A DNA stretch of 64,000 nt from the human T2T-CHM13v2.0 reference genome, Homo sapiens: the NCBI RefSeq assembly GCF_009914755.1, contig NC_060935.1; one strand, given 5' to 3'. The notes beneath the pieces were generated by a model that worked only from the letters and a program-made list of their open reading frames with translations, did not search any database and was not told the origin of the DNA. The position numbers and the translations under genes are program-made. Within the stretch, counting starts at the first letter, position 1; every line of letters starts with the position of its first letter. Shown here piece after piece: positions 1 to 13,194 of this stretch.

Positions 1-2501
1 ACAGGGAATTCCATCATGCATTCAGATTTTTGCATGCCTGCTCTGTCCCTGGAACTAGAATAAGAGAATAGGGAGAAAAGCCGATAAGAAGTCAACGATA
101 ACTATAGCCATGGCCATAATTTGGGCTCCAAAAGAAATAATTCTGAGTGGTTACCAGATAGCTTTCAGAGAGGGTTGAAGCCTTCAGTAGACTAATGATT
201 GAGCAGAAAAAAATGTTTAGAAAACTTGAGACAGATTTTATCCATGCAGTAAGTCAGAAGTCAAGTCAGAAGTTCAGATGACATGTACGATTCCTGGAAT
301 TTAGTGATTTTTTGTTTGAATGTGTTACTTCTCTTCTACTTTCTGTTCTGCTCCCACTAGAATTATCTCCTTCCCCCAGGCCCTCAGATCCACCCCACAT
401 ACCACAAGCTCATTCTTCACCACACCCTGTTTTCTAGCATGGCTGCAAGCGCAAAACCTCCCTTAGTTCCCACCTGCAACGCCAAGGTCCCAGAGTTTGC
501 TGAGCTACCATCAGCAAGACCTTGAACATGCCTCGGCCCTCTCTCCTCTCCCTCCACATTGCTCTACTTCAGTGGTACAGCTCCTCCCATGGCTGTCTCT
601 AGACCTCACCTTGACATCTCACCACCCACCTCTGCCTTGTTCCTACCTGATGCACTCTCCCCTCTCCAAAGAGTCACCTGGCCCTAGTTCCACTCACCTC
701 TCTGTCAACCTCCAGGAACCCTTTATGTGTCCTCCATGCCTTAGGCACATGACCCGTGTTTCCTCACAATCACAGTTACCCTCTCATACTCACATGCAAG
801 GACGAGGAACTTGTTTCCTATTACTTCACACCCACTCCCTGGCCATGCACACAATACAGTGCAGAAGTTGGTCCCAAATCTATTACCAGAGGCCTAAGCA
901 GCAGCCTCCTCCTGCTCAAAGAAAAATGTTCTGCCGCTGCCAACATTGCACTTCCTCTGCAAGACATCTCAGAAAATGCCCATCAGAGCCTTCCACCTCA
1001 TTCCAAGCTTGCAAGCAAGCTGGTCTTTCATTTGTCTTGTTTGTTTTTAAGCAAGAAGAATCCCTTTAGAGGAGGAATTAGGAAAGAAAAAAAAGTCAAA
1101 CAGAAACAGAAGGAGTGGAGGTTTGTCTCTCTCTTTTGTCCCCTGCCTTGCCCTTCCTCCCTATCCCATCCCCCTCACTTTCTGTGTTGCTTTTCATGCC
1201 AGTTGCTAAAGACTGTAATTTTAAAACTGAACGGGCTTTTCCAGAGCCTTGAGGAATGTGCATCTGCACGTGGATTTTTCCACAAAAAAAGTGTCCCTGT
1301 CTTTTGGATCTTCTTAGCCAGAAACAATGAGGCCAGGCAATCAGAGTCCATCCGTCTTCCCAACTCTTATTCTAATTTGTTTGAGAGGCTCAGAAGGGGC
1401 TGAAGGGCATGGTTGTGTTTCACCCCGTCAGACTCTGTTGTTTGATGAGGTTTGTGCTCCATTTGTTCGGATGGTTTTTATGGTTTCTTTGTTGTTCATG
1501 GAATAACTTTGAAGGTCATAATTCTGTATCCTCAAGCTCCTCTGCTATTCCTGCTCAATGTCTCAATGGGACTCATACCAAGAGAAAGGGAAGGAAGAAG
1601 TTTCCAGCTAGTTAGTTAAGCAATTTCTCAACACATTTATGGAAGCATGTGGAATCTTTCAAGAAAGGGGTTACGATCACAAAAGTTCGATTTGAGGAGT
1701 ATTCTCCAAGACAACTGAGAAGCAAGCCCTTAGTCATGCCCAGGTGGGGAGCAGGTCTCCAACCTCTCATTTCCTGATCCAGCCCCTTTCCCAGCCACAT
1801 TTCTGGCCTCTTCCCTTTCTCTGTGGTCATCAGCCCAGCCCTCTCCACTATCAATAGAAAAGCCCGAGAGCCCTCAGAGAGCCTGGAATGTGCTCCCACC
1901 GCTGTGATGTCATCCCACATCATCCATGTGCTGAAATCAGGGACTGGAGTCGGCCCCCAGGAATGTCATGGCCATGGGCTTTGAGACACTCTTCTTATGG
2001 GCCTTTCACCCAATCCAGACCTTGCCTGCTCTTCAGAGCTGCTTGAAGGATTTTGCTACAGAACTATGGACATTTAAGAAATGTCTAACCTTGTGTCAGT
2101 TTATATTTGTAGAACGCTTCATAAGGTGCTTTTCCATATGTTATCTCATCTGATCATTTCCACAACCCCATAAGGTAGATAAAACATAAATTTTTATTTC
2201 CGTATTAAAATTGAAGCCCAGAGGAGACTTTTGATTCATCCCAGGTTTCACAACAAAGAGTGTCAGGAAGAGAACTTGAACCAATCCTCTGACTTCACAT
2301 TCAGGGTTCTTCCCATTACTTTGGCTCCCAGATAAGACTACAATCTTCTGAAAGTCAGAGTGTTAATATTCCAACCCCAGGGGGTGAGTACACTTCCAGA
2401 ATTTAGGGATGCTTTAAAAGCCATTGCTGAATTGAATTTTATTTCTCCTGATCACTACAGATAATGCTCATGCAACTTTTCTGAGAAGCAGGCGATGCTA
2501 A

Positions 2502-2600
<99 letters not shown>

Positions 2601-2985
2601 TAAATGTTTTATAGTTCTTTGGAGGAAAGCATGTTTCTGAGGACAGGATTGGAGAACAGGATCATGAGACACAGGAGAGCAGCAAGCATTTGTTTCCCTG
2701 CTTTTTGAGTAGACATCAAAATTATTTGCCAATTTAGGGCCTTTCCATGATACCAGTCCTTGAAAGATGATATGGGATTTTCGTTTAGATTTTTGAGTTT
2801 TGTTTTATTGCGCTCGGTTTTAGAACATGGGAAATTTGAAGGTTTTCTTGAGACAAGGTTCTGTACCAATGAATGGTCACTGTCACTGGGTTTTGCTTTT
2901 GTTATTTAAATCAAGATAATGACTCGCTATAATTTTGCTCCCGTAACTGTTGAGGCTAAGTCGTACCAATTTCCCCATTCCCCTT

Positions 2986-3168
2986 GATACTGGGTAGATT
3001 TCCTCATATCATCATCTCACCACTTGGTGGAGAAATTGATGTCTCAGAACCCTGCCATCTCCTCAACAGGTTATCTTCTGTCCCTGATGAGGAGATGCCG
3101 GGGGGTCTGGGACATCAGGTTCTCCACCAAGTGGTGAGATGATGACATGTCGAAGTCTACCCAATATC
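2986..3168. repeat. Long inverted repeat (arms 2986-3070 and 3083-3168, 12-nt loop)
   Basis: The reverse complement of the right arm matches the left arm at about 85% by hand alignment, with a perfect 26-bp core TCATCATCTCACCACTTGGTGGAGAA. Confidence 0.92.
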
Positions 3169-4343
3169 CCCCAGTAAGAGAATAAGGGGCAAGAATGACT
3201 CATGAACTCCTGTACCAGAAATCAAACTTGCCATGCCTAGGAAGCAAAATATGAAGCACATGAACAGGTGGTAAAGGGAATTCTTTCAAGAAAGAGGTTG
3301 GGGTTACAAATTAATGCCCAAACAATAACCAAGACCCCTTCCAATTATGTGTATTAATTATTTACTTACTCTGCACATGACATTTGGCAATATAAGATTC
3401 ACAAAGATGAATCAGACATGCACTGGTCTCATAAGCGGGAGAGAGAAATCAAGCACACACAGAACTCCTTTCTTCTGGTTGGTATCAAGGAAGGCTTTGT
3501 GGACCTGGTAGCACTTGAGTTAGCTCTGGAAGGAGAGGCAGGATTTGGACCTGTGGCGATATGGGCTGGGGAAGACATGAGCTTGGCATGTCTGACAGTC
3601 AGTGAGGACCTCAGGTTCCTGGAGCTTAGGATGTGTGATGCAGAAGAAGTCTGGAAAGGTAAGAAACAGAATTGTAAATGATGCTATGAAGATATGCCTT
3701 AGTTCTTTAGGCAATGAAGAGTCACTAAGGTTTTGAACACTGGCGTGTATGGTGGGTTGTGGGGAGACAGAAGAGTAATGAGGACACCAGTCAGACTAAG
3801 CCAGAAACCATGCAAGAAGCAATACAGATCTGTGATGCAGAAGTGATCATGGGAATGGAAGGGGTGTGTGAGAGATACCAAGGAGGAAACTCACAAGACA
3901 GGGACACCAGGAAGCAGCTGATCTTTGCTCAGATGTCACTTTCTCAGTAAGGACTTCTCTAACTTTCCGATTTGAAAATGAAATCCACAGCCTCAGTACC
4001 ATCAGTGATGCTATACTGTTAGTTTACTTTTTAAAAATTTGAAAATGAAAAGGTGACATTTAAGCAAAGACAAAATTTTAAGAATTTAAAAATGTGTTTA
4101 TTATTGTCTCTCCCATTGGAATGCGAGTTCTACCAGGAACTGCTTGTTCATTCCTGAATCTCCAGCCTGGAGAACAGGGCCAGCACATAGTAGATTCTAG
4201 GTAAATGTTTCTAAAATAAGATGAATAAATGAGTCAGTGGAGAGTGGGCGAAGGAATGAGTGAGAAAGCACATCTGTCAAGACGTCTTGCTCCCCTCGGG
4301 GAGCTGGGTCCTACTCACTGCATTTCTTTCCCTCTTGCCACAG

Positions 4344-4403
4344 GTCCTCCCCTTGGAGGGGCACAAACGATCAGTAAGAATACAGAGCAACGGCCCCAGC
4401 CAG
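4344..4403 (+). CDS. FLI1: FLI1 coding exon 7 (60 nt; (S)PPLGGAQTISKNTEQRPQP(D))
   Basis: Pyrimidine tract plus cacag acceptor ending at 4343; gtacct donor at 4404. The peptide is visible inside ORF 4229..4555. Phase 1-1. Confidence 0.95.
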
Positions 4404-6319
4404 GTACCTGCCCAGGATATGTAATCTCTCCTTTGCTTCCTGCACAGTTGTTGATTTCACATGGTCAACTGATGGAGGGTTTAAACAATATACCACATAT
4501 GTTTTCTCTTATTTCTCTCAAAGAGGGTCTATCTTTGACCCTAATAGTCCTGTGAATGAAGTAACAGGTACTGACATCAAGTAGAGACTTGTTAAATATC
4601 AAAGGTGAAAGAACTTGAAGATGAACTATTCCAATGCTTTATTTTGTTCAATAAAGAAACTGAGGCCCGGGGAGGTGAAGTGACTTGCTAAAAACCATAC
4701 AGCTGGTTAATGAAAGAAATAGGGCTACAATCCCAGATCCCCCAAATTCCTGTCCAAGCCTTTTATGCTTCACCAAACCTTACTTTCAGAAATATCCCCA
4801 TCCTGTGATGAGTTGGCTTAACAATTAAGGCAGAGGAACTTTGAAAGCCATGGACCTGGAGACTCCGTATTGGAGAGGAACTTGGAGATTTCTGGGTCTA
4901 TCCTACCCTCACCTCTACCTTACTTGTGCTTGTAGTAAAACAGGGCGTTGACTTTCTAGCTGGGCTCAGTTCCACTATCTGACCCAAAGTCTGCCTCCTG
5001 GAATTTCCACTCAAGCTTTTCCTTCTGGAGAAGCCTTCCTCCTGCTTCCTCCGAAATCCTTTGCATATCTGAAGACAGCTGCTGTGCCCAAGCCCCAGCT
5101 CCTCTCTCTATCTTCTTATGTGATGCAGCTGAGATGAAGTTCTGAACAAGTCATTTGCTTTGGGGTAGGCAAACATTGTTCCCCATCTCCACAGAAGGCA
5201 GAGCAAGAGAAAATCAACTGACATTTCACCTGGAAGGTTAAGAAAAAATTTGCTGACTGTGGATCATAAGTCAGATGTAGAGAGTTTTAAAGACTGTCCA
5301 ATAACAACAAAATTATGCATTAGTCATCACCTGCCAAAAATAATTATCATATTAATGATGTGGATGAGAAAAGATGGTCTCAATGGGCTTAAGGACTTTT
5401 GAAGGTAATTTATGGTTCTAAGTAGAAACCCAAAAATCATAGTGATATTTTTAAAACTGCAATTATAGTTGAAAAATAGCAAAATTTTACAAACTACATG
5501 ACAATTTTGCCAAGTCGAGACCCAGCTCTCTACCATGATTTCCTCAACTAACAAAAAAGGAGATAAACCTCTCACCTAAACCAGTATTGCAAAGACTTTT
5601 TCATGGCTAAATAAACACATACGTTTTGAGGAAAGTGAGATTTTAAGAATAGTCATTTTATAGCTAAAATGTACACTCTGGTTTGTGCTGACATTTCTGG
5701 CTTGTGTGACATTTCAAATCACAGAGTGTTATACTAGAAGAAAACTGAGGAATCCAGTAGCCCAACCCACTCATTTGTCAGATGAGAAAACTGATTCCCA
5801 GAAATTGTCCAACAAGTTATTTGTTTATCACATAGCTGCTGCTAAAACCCAGGCTGCTTGGTTTCTAGGCATGTGTTTTTCATGCTACATTCAAAAAAAA
5901 AACAGATTAATAATGTTGTTAGTATTAGGTAGAGTTATTAAAGACCAGTAACCATGAGACCTGCTTTAAGCCCATGGAGTCAGCTGTCCGTTGTATCATT
6001 GAATATTATCCAGTTCCTTTCCAAATGTTTTCTTTGTTTTGCTTTGGGTAATGACAACATAATCTGCACATTTTAGATGCCAAAATAAGAAAAAGTAATC
6101 CTGTTCCTATTCTTTGTTCTTTCTGTAATTATTGAGATGAAGACCACAAATGTCATCAAGATCTTTGAGATCTGCAAATAAAAGCAGTAAAGTTTTCTGA
6201 AATCAGTCTTTCCTGTGATCTTGAAATAAAAGTATAAACCCTTATGGTTTTCTTATGGTTGGTACGGTTGTCATATTTTTTAAAAACACTGAAGCAAATT
6301 TCCTTTTTTATTTCCTTAG

Positions 6320-6367
6320 ATCCGTATCAGATCCTGGGCCCGACCAGCAGTCGCCTAGCCAACCCTG
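6320..6367 (+). CDS. FLI1: FLI1 coding exon 8 (48 nt; (D)PYQILGPTSSRLANP(G))
   Basis: tttccttag acceptor and gtgagt donor at 6368. DPYQILGPTSSRLANPG is the conserved ERG/FLI1 pre-ETS segment. Confidence 0.96.
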
Positions 6368-7554
6368 GTGAGTTTACCTTGGCCTGCAAGCCTTTTTTGC
6401 CAGAATGTTTCGTAGCTTTGTGAAATCACAGAGACTTCTGTCCTAAGTCCAGACACCTGAGTGGGGAGTAACATGCACCTCTTTCCTTGAAATGTTCAAT
6501 GTCTGTTTCTGGAGCATGTGAACAACAGGTCAGGGCTTGTTATGAGGTGTCAAGGTTGGTTAGCTGAGGATACTTCTAGGAATAAACACATCAGCACTGC
6601 ACATGTGCACTTAGGTGTAGATGAGTAATAAGTGGCACAGGTAGGTAGGCGTTTCAATCAGAGAAAATGGGCAAGAAAGAGAAGAAGACAACTCCACTCA
6701 GCTCTCAGTTGTCTCCCACATGCCAGGCACAAGTTCATAAATATTCCAAAGGGTTTTATTTGTGATTTTAGAAAGTGTTGCCAAGTTATCTGGCCTTATA
6801 AAAGAGATGTGTCCTGGAAAAGTTGCAGATATAGTCAATTTGACCTTGTACTTTAAAGATTTAGTATCAAAAATAACTCTCAAGAGGGTCCTTCTAAACC
6901 AAGTCCATCGAGATTGGGAGCTAGCAGGCCCTTGTCGCAGTGTGGCCCACTCACCTTCCCATCCCAGGGACTCTGCCTACCCATTCCTTAGTGCCTGGTC
7001 ATTACTGCCAGAGGAGAAAGCAGCCACCCAGCATATTCTGGGTATTTTTCTCTCTGCACAAGTTCTCTGTAGAACTTAGAGCTGCAAGCCAAGCTCTGGG
7101 CCTGCCAAGGGCCAATCCAGGTCCTGTCCATCCAAAAGCTAAAGCTCATGGCGCAGCTTCTCCCAATGACTCCCACAGTCATGCCTTGCCCCTGACTTTT
7201 TATTGCTGACAGGGAATTCCCTGGGGGACATGACCACTAATTAGAGATCAGTCAGTGATTCAGGCCTTTCTAGATGAAGAGATTCAAAAGCCTTGCCAAA
7301 GGGATTGAGGGGGGATATGGCTCACCCAAGATCACACAGCTAGTTCTGGGCAGAGTTTGCACCTCACTTCCCACATTCCATTTACCAGGCCTTGGGGCAA
7401 AGCATCTTAGGATCTAACCTCGCTTATTATACCCATCTCCAAGGCAAGCAGAAAGGCAAATCAACAATGACATAAGAAGGGCTTGTCAAGTCGATCCCAA
7501 TGTCGAAGGAAACAAAAGGTTTCTTTAAAAGGATGAGAAGCTCCCTGCATTTAG

Positions 7555-8151
<597 letters not shown>

Positions 8152-8199
8152 AAGCTTACTCATCAGTGGCCTTCTAGCTGAAGCCCATCCTGCACACTT

Positions 8200-8683
8200 A
8201 CTGGATGCTTTGGACTCAACAGGACATATGTGGCCTTGAAGGGAAGACAAAACTGGATGTTCTTTCTTGTTGGATAGAACCTTTGTATTTGTTCTTTAAA
8301 AACATTTTTTTTAATGTTGGTAACTTTTGCTTCCTCTACCTGAACAAAGAGATGAATAATTCCATGGGCCAGTATGCCAGTTTGAATTCTCAGTCTCCTA
8401 GCATCTTGTGAGTTGCATATTAAGATTACTGGAATGGTTAAGTCATGGTTCTGAGAAAGAAGCTGTACGTTTTCTTTATGTTTTTATGACCAAAGCAGTT
8501 TCTTGTCAATACACGGGGTTCAGTATGACACAGAATCATGGACTTAACCCGTCATGTTCTGGTTTGAGATTTAGTGACAAATAGAGGTGGGAAGCTTATA
8601 ATCTAATTTTAGGAGGACCAAATTCAGTGGATGGCAACTGGAACATTGATTGTAAGGCCAGTGAAGTTTTCACCCAACTGGAA
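8200..8683 (+). promoter_or_regulatory. Cluster of miR-145-5p seed matches in the FLI1 3' UTR
   Basis: ACTGGA at 8200, AACTGGA at 8251, ACTGGAA at 8428, AACTGGAA at 8636 and 8676, all complementary to seed UCCAGUU. FLI1 is an established miR-145 target. Confidence 0.8.
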
Positions 8684-9039
8684 TTTGATGGAAAGAAGGT
8701 TTGTGTGTTTAAGACGCCAAGGGCATTGCAGAATCCCTCTCAGTGGACAGTATGCACTCAGCTGACCACTCTCTCTAGAAATAGTCAAGATATGAACTAA
8801 GAAATTTTAATGCAAATACATACATTCCTGAAAGACGGGGAATTAAATTACTAATTTTTTTTTTTTTTTAAATGATGACAGTGGTCCCAGAACTTGGAAA
8901 AGTTGTAGGGATTTCTAAACTCAAGCAGATTCGCAAGTGCTGTGCGCTTGTCAGACCATCAGACCAGGGCCAACCAATCAGAAGGCAACTTACTGTATAA
9001 ATTATGCAGAGTTATTTTCCTATATCTCACAGTATTAAA

Positions 9040-9070
9040 AATAAATAATTAAAAATTAAGAATAAATAAA
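9040..9070 (+). terminator. Candidate proximal FLI1 poly(A) signals (three AATAAA)
   Basis: AATAAA at 9040-9045, 9061-9066 and 9065-9070, with T-rich sequence downstream (9096-9160). Confidence 0.5.
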
Positions 9071-9558
9071 CGAGTTGACCTCGGTCACAAAAGCAGTTTT
9101 ACTATCGAATCAATCGCTGTTATTTTTTTTAATGTAATTTGTACATCTTTTTTCAATCTGTACATTTGGGCTGTCTGTATGTTTTTATAGCTGGTTTTTA
9201 AAAAGCATAATATGCCTATAGCTGAAAAGGAAACAGGGCTGTTTAAGTCACTGACTTATGAGAAAGCAAAGCACTGGTACAGTTATTTAACAGGCATACA
9301 CAAGCAGGGAAAAGATAATCCATTTAGATCTTTAATGCTTTGGAAATGCGTGTAACAGTACTGCAATAATCACAGCTCTGGGAAAAACAACGAAACTTTC
9401 CCTTGTGGAGAGGAGGGATTTTCCTGCTCTATATAAGCAACATATTTTTAGACATTAAAATATATATAATTTTGCAGGTAATTGTTGACTTTTTTAACTA
9501 TATTAAGTGTTAAGCTGACAACTGTCAAAGAAGACCATGTTGTAAAATAATTTGACTA

Positions 9559-9564
9559 AATAAA
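9559..9564 (+). terminator. Candidate FLI1 poly(A) signal AATAAA
   Basis: Last canonical hexamer in the AU-rich UTR, followed by T-rich sequence. Confidence 0.6.
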
Positions 9565-10555
9565 TGGTTCCTTCTCTCAGTGCTGAGGACAGTTTTCTTA
9601 TTTACCGCCCCCGTTAGGTCAAAGGGTTTTCCCTGGGGAACTTTCCTATTTACTTCTTGCACTATCAAGAATTTTTCGAATGTACCTACTGCAGTACAGC
9701 AGAAGGTAAAAAATCAGTGTGGTTTTTAATTGTTGTTGATGATGTTTGTAGTGTTTTTGTGTGTGTTATTTAAATCTTCCTCCAGCCTAAAAGGGTTTTA
9801 TAAAACAGCAGCTAAGGCCATGGATAAACCTGTATGTAAGGACTGGAGCAAAGCGAGCTGGTCTATCCAGACTTGTCTGTGAGATTTAACTCTGCAGCCT
9901 CCCCTGGGCACTTCAGACCCAGACGGCCACCTTCTGCCACTCCAGCAAAGAATAAGCGCCCTGCTTCCTTCAGGTCTCAGACCACTCAATTTTGAAATCT
10001 GCAAAGTATTCATTAGGGAAAATGGAGGCATATATTTCTGAGTGCTGTAAGAAGATGCTCAGCCCATTAGTTCATTCTTTTAAAGGTTTTCTTTATGTGT
10101 CCTACTCAAACACTGGCTCAGGCTCATCTTCTCTACAGAGTCATAGAGCTTTAGCCAAATCTCGCCCCCTGAATATGTTCCACAGTGATTTGTCCTATGC
10201 CTCAGAAGCTGGCCCACTGGCTGACAGGACTGGGGCACCATTTTCTCCTCATAAGCATTTGTACAGAGGGGGCACTGGCATTTATTCCCCTGCAATGCCC
10301 AGATTGAACGTTTGCTAGCTGGCTCCAGGGCATGAAGCGGACTAGTCCCAGAGGACAAACAGAATCTTTGCCCTCCTGTCTGCTAGTCCAGTCTTTTCCC
10401 TGCTGGATCATTGTGTGCCTGTGCCATGAGGTTTCTGCCATCTAACAAACAGTGCCAGCCAAGCAAAGCGGGCATGCAGGCCTGCAAGTGGTTCTCATGG
10501 AAGCTGTTCCTCCCCACAGTTTGGGACACTGACCAACAGTCCTTTAGCAGGAGGT

Positions 10556-10906
10556 CGTCTTAGTCCATTTGGTCTGCTATAACAAACTACCATAGACTGG
10601 GTGGCTCATAAAAACAGGACTTTATTTCTCACAGTTCTGGAGGCTGGGAAGTCCAAGATCAAGGTGCCAGCAGATTCAGTGTCTGGTGAGGGCCCTTGCC
10701 TTGGTTTATAGAGGGAACCTTCTCACTGTGTGCTGATATGGTGTAAGGAGCAAGGGAATGCTCTGGGGTCTCTTTCATAAGGGAATTAATCCCACTCTTG
10801 AGTGCTCCACCCTCATGCCCTAATCACCTCCAAATACCTTCACATTGGGGATTAGGTTTCAGCATATGAATTTGGGAGAAGGGACAGACACAGTCAGTCT
10901 ATAGCA
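10556..10906 (-). mobile_element. MaLR solo LTR (MLT1A/MST-like) with 5-bp target-site duplication
   Basis: Typical MaLR text (cttagtccatttgg...tttatttctcacagttctggaggctgggaagtccaagatcaaggtgccagcagatt...tagca), flanked by GAGGT at 10551-10555 and 10907-10911. Confidence 0.85.
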
Positions 10907-10964
10907 GAGGTCATCTTTTTTCAGTGTCGAAAAATGTTGTTGAGTCCCACACAAAGGAAGTTCT

Positions 10965-11152
10965 ATTTTATTTTATTTTATTTTATTTTATTTTATTTTA
11001 TTTTATTTTATTTTATTTTATTTTATTTTATTTCTGGAGATAGGGTATCTCTATGTTGCCCAGGCAGGTCTCAAACTCCTGGCTTCAAGCAATCCTTCCA
11101 CCTCAACCTCCCAAAGTGTTGGGATTACTGGCGTGAGCCACCACACTGGGCC
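10965..11152 (-). mobile_element. Alu monomer (FLAM-C-like) whose tail has become an (ATTTT)n pentanucleotide microsatellite (10965-11033)
   Basis: About 14 ATTTT units followed by ctatgttgcccaggc...ccaaagtgttgggattac...gtgagccacc. Confidence 0.85.
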
Positions 11153-13194
11153 TATTTTCAATATCTGTTATTTTAAAACATTTTTAATAGTCAACAGCCA
11201 CTAGAAAACGTAATGACACTTAAAAAGATTGTTATTTTACTTAACCAATAACATCTGCATGCAAGTGAGCGATGAACATACACAATGGGAAATGGATTAA
11301 GAGGTTCTCAGATAAGGTTTGCTAGTTTAGACCAAATGAGATCAGGAGGTTCTAGAACACAAGGGAGGAAAGCAGCATCTGTCCACCCCAAGCCAAGTTA
11401 CTGCCAACCCAAGGCAATGCTTAGTGGATAAATAAAAAACTGAACAAAATGCAGTACTTCATGTGAGAGGTGGTTTCTGTGGACTTGGATTCTTACCGTA
11501 TTTCCTCTAATATCTGTTCATTACAAGCACCATGTAAACCTGTTGCCTTAAAAACTCTTGAAAAGGTGTCCTTTGGGGGAATGTGCTTGGGGGAAGCAAC
11601 CCTTAAGCATGGCTGTCTGCTGCCCAGCCCCACTCCCACACCTTGCTCAGAAGTTCCTCCACCATCAACAGCACCACTGAGCTTGTGTCCAGAAGGCCCT
11701 CAGGAGGTCGAGGTAAGAGGATGCTTTGTATCAGTGGGGGCAGGGATGGGAGAGGTAATAAGAGCCGGGATGGGGGCCAGGGGAGTGACTGGGTTCTGGT
11801 GAGCATACAGAAGCTTTGCTGTTATTCAGGAAGGAATGCAGGTTTTGCAGAAAGCACATTGGGCATTTCATCACGTAGAAAGCTACTGAAACTGACACTA
11901 CACGCCTTCAGCCAGGGAGTCCCGCTAAGGGATTATGAAAGGCCGGCTGATTCCAAAACTACAAATCCCAGGCTCCCCCGGGGGATGGACACTTGTGAGA
12001 GGAAGTGGGTTAGCCAGTCAAACCTCCAGGGTTTCAGCCAGTTGAGAAAGGATAGGGAGGGAAGTTTTAAAAGGAATGTGGGCCCACAAGCCTGGGATCT
12101 GTCTCTCTCTCTCAGTCTGATGCGGCCTCCTGTCTAATTGTTTCAGTCTGTCCGAGCTGGTAAATCCCTAAGCACATAGTCAATTTACACTCAGCTTAAA
12201 AGCTCTAGAGGGAGACAGGAAAAATTTCCAGTGAGACCACTCACTCACCTACAACTGCTAGATTAACCTTCTGCATTTTAACTGAGTTAACTCATATGTT
12301 TTCTTAGTGGGAGGAAAGAGGCAATTTGAGTAGACAAATGAAAATGAATATAATGCCAGAAACCCTGGGTTCAAATGCTGGCCCTTCCACCTACTGGGTA
12401 ACTTGTCTTCATCGATTAACTAGGACCTGAGTTATACCTCCTGCATGAGTTTCTGTGAGGCATCGGACGACAGTGTGGAAAACCCATTGTAGACTGCTGT
12501 ACAGGAGGTTTATGGATAATCATCGTTGTCTGCTAGTATTGGCTAGTATTTTTCAAGAACATTCATTAAGTCCTTGGTAGCTGGTGGGCACCCTGTTTGG
12601 GGAGTTCAGTGCAGGGTCATTTTTGTTTTGTGGTCAGAAAGACATTTTCCAAATGGGTGCAAAGTAGAAATAAGTTGGGTTTTCCAGAGAGCCTTTGCAT
12701 TTTCCCCATCCACGGCCCTCCCATTGCCCCACTTGGGCTTTTGCCCTTCCTTGGCTCTATGTGTGCACCTAAAGCCAGGGGAGCGTGTGGCCAAGCTGCA
12801 GGATGTTGCAAATAAAATGAGATTTTATAAAGGAATGCTAAAAATGTGCTTTGACAGCAATGTTGGATGGGATTTTTCAATCGGCTAAGAAATAGAGGTT
12901 GGGAGCTGGGATTTTATGCCCGGCAAGCTCGGAGCTTGATTTTTCCATCTATAAAATGAGGATGATTTAATAACTATACAAGAGTATCACTGGAGTTAAG
13001 TAAGATAGTGTACATAAAAATGCTCTGTATGTTGAAAAGAACTAGGAAACTGCAAGATTTCCTAGGTATTATTGCCAAGGTCTTACTGTCTTCATCGAGA
13101 GGCAACTCCTCTTTACCTTCAAAACTCTGTACAGGTCTCTGTTCCTCTCTGATCTAAGATAGAGTGAAGCCACACTATTCTATTCTATTCTATT

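Larger units (their letters stand above)
8152..9590 (+). other. FLI1: FLI1 3' UTR (3' boundary approximate)
   Basis: AU-rich sequence after the stop with AATAAA at 9040, 9061, 9065 and 9559. The end is inferred from the last AATAAA. Confidence 0.75.

Noticed and set aside
497-1403. Overlapping 190-aa and 215-aa ORFs in FLI1 intron 5
   Set aside because: Non-ATG starts (TTG/GTG), no recognisable domain, and they partly lie in degenerate L2-like C/T-rich sequence.
10934-11176. Hydrophobic FYFIL-repeat ORF and other Alu-derived ORFs (25652, 26455, 44234, 55669, 60629)
   Set aside because: Translations of a microsatellite and of Alu sequence.
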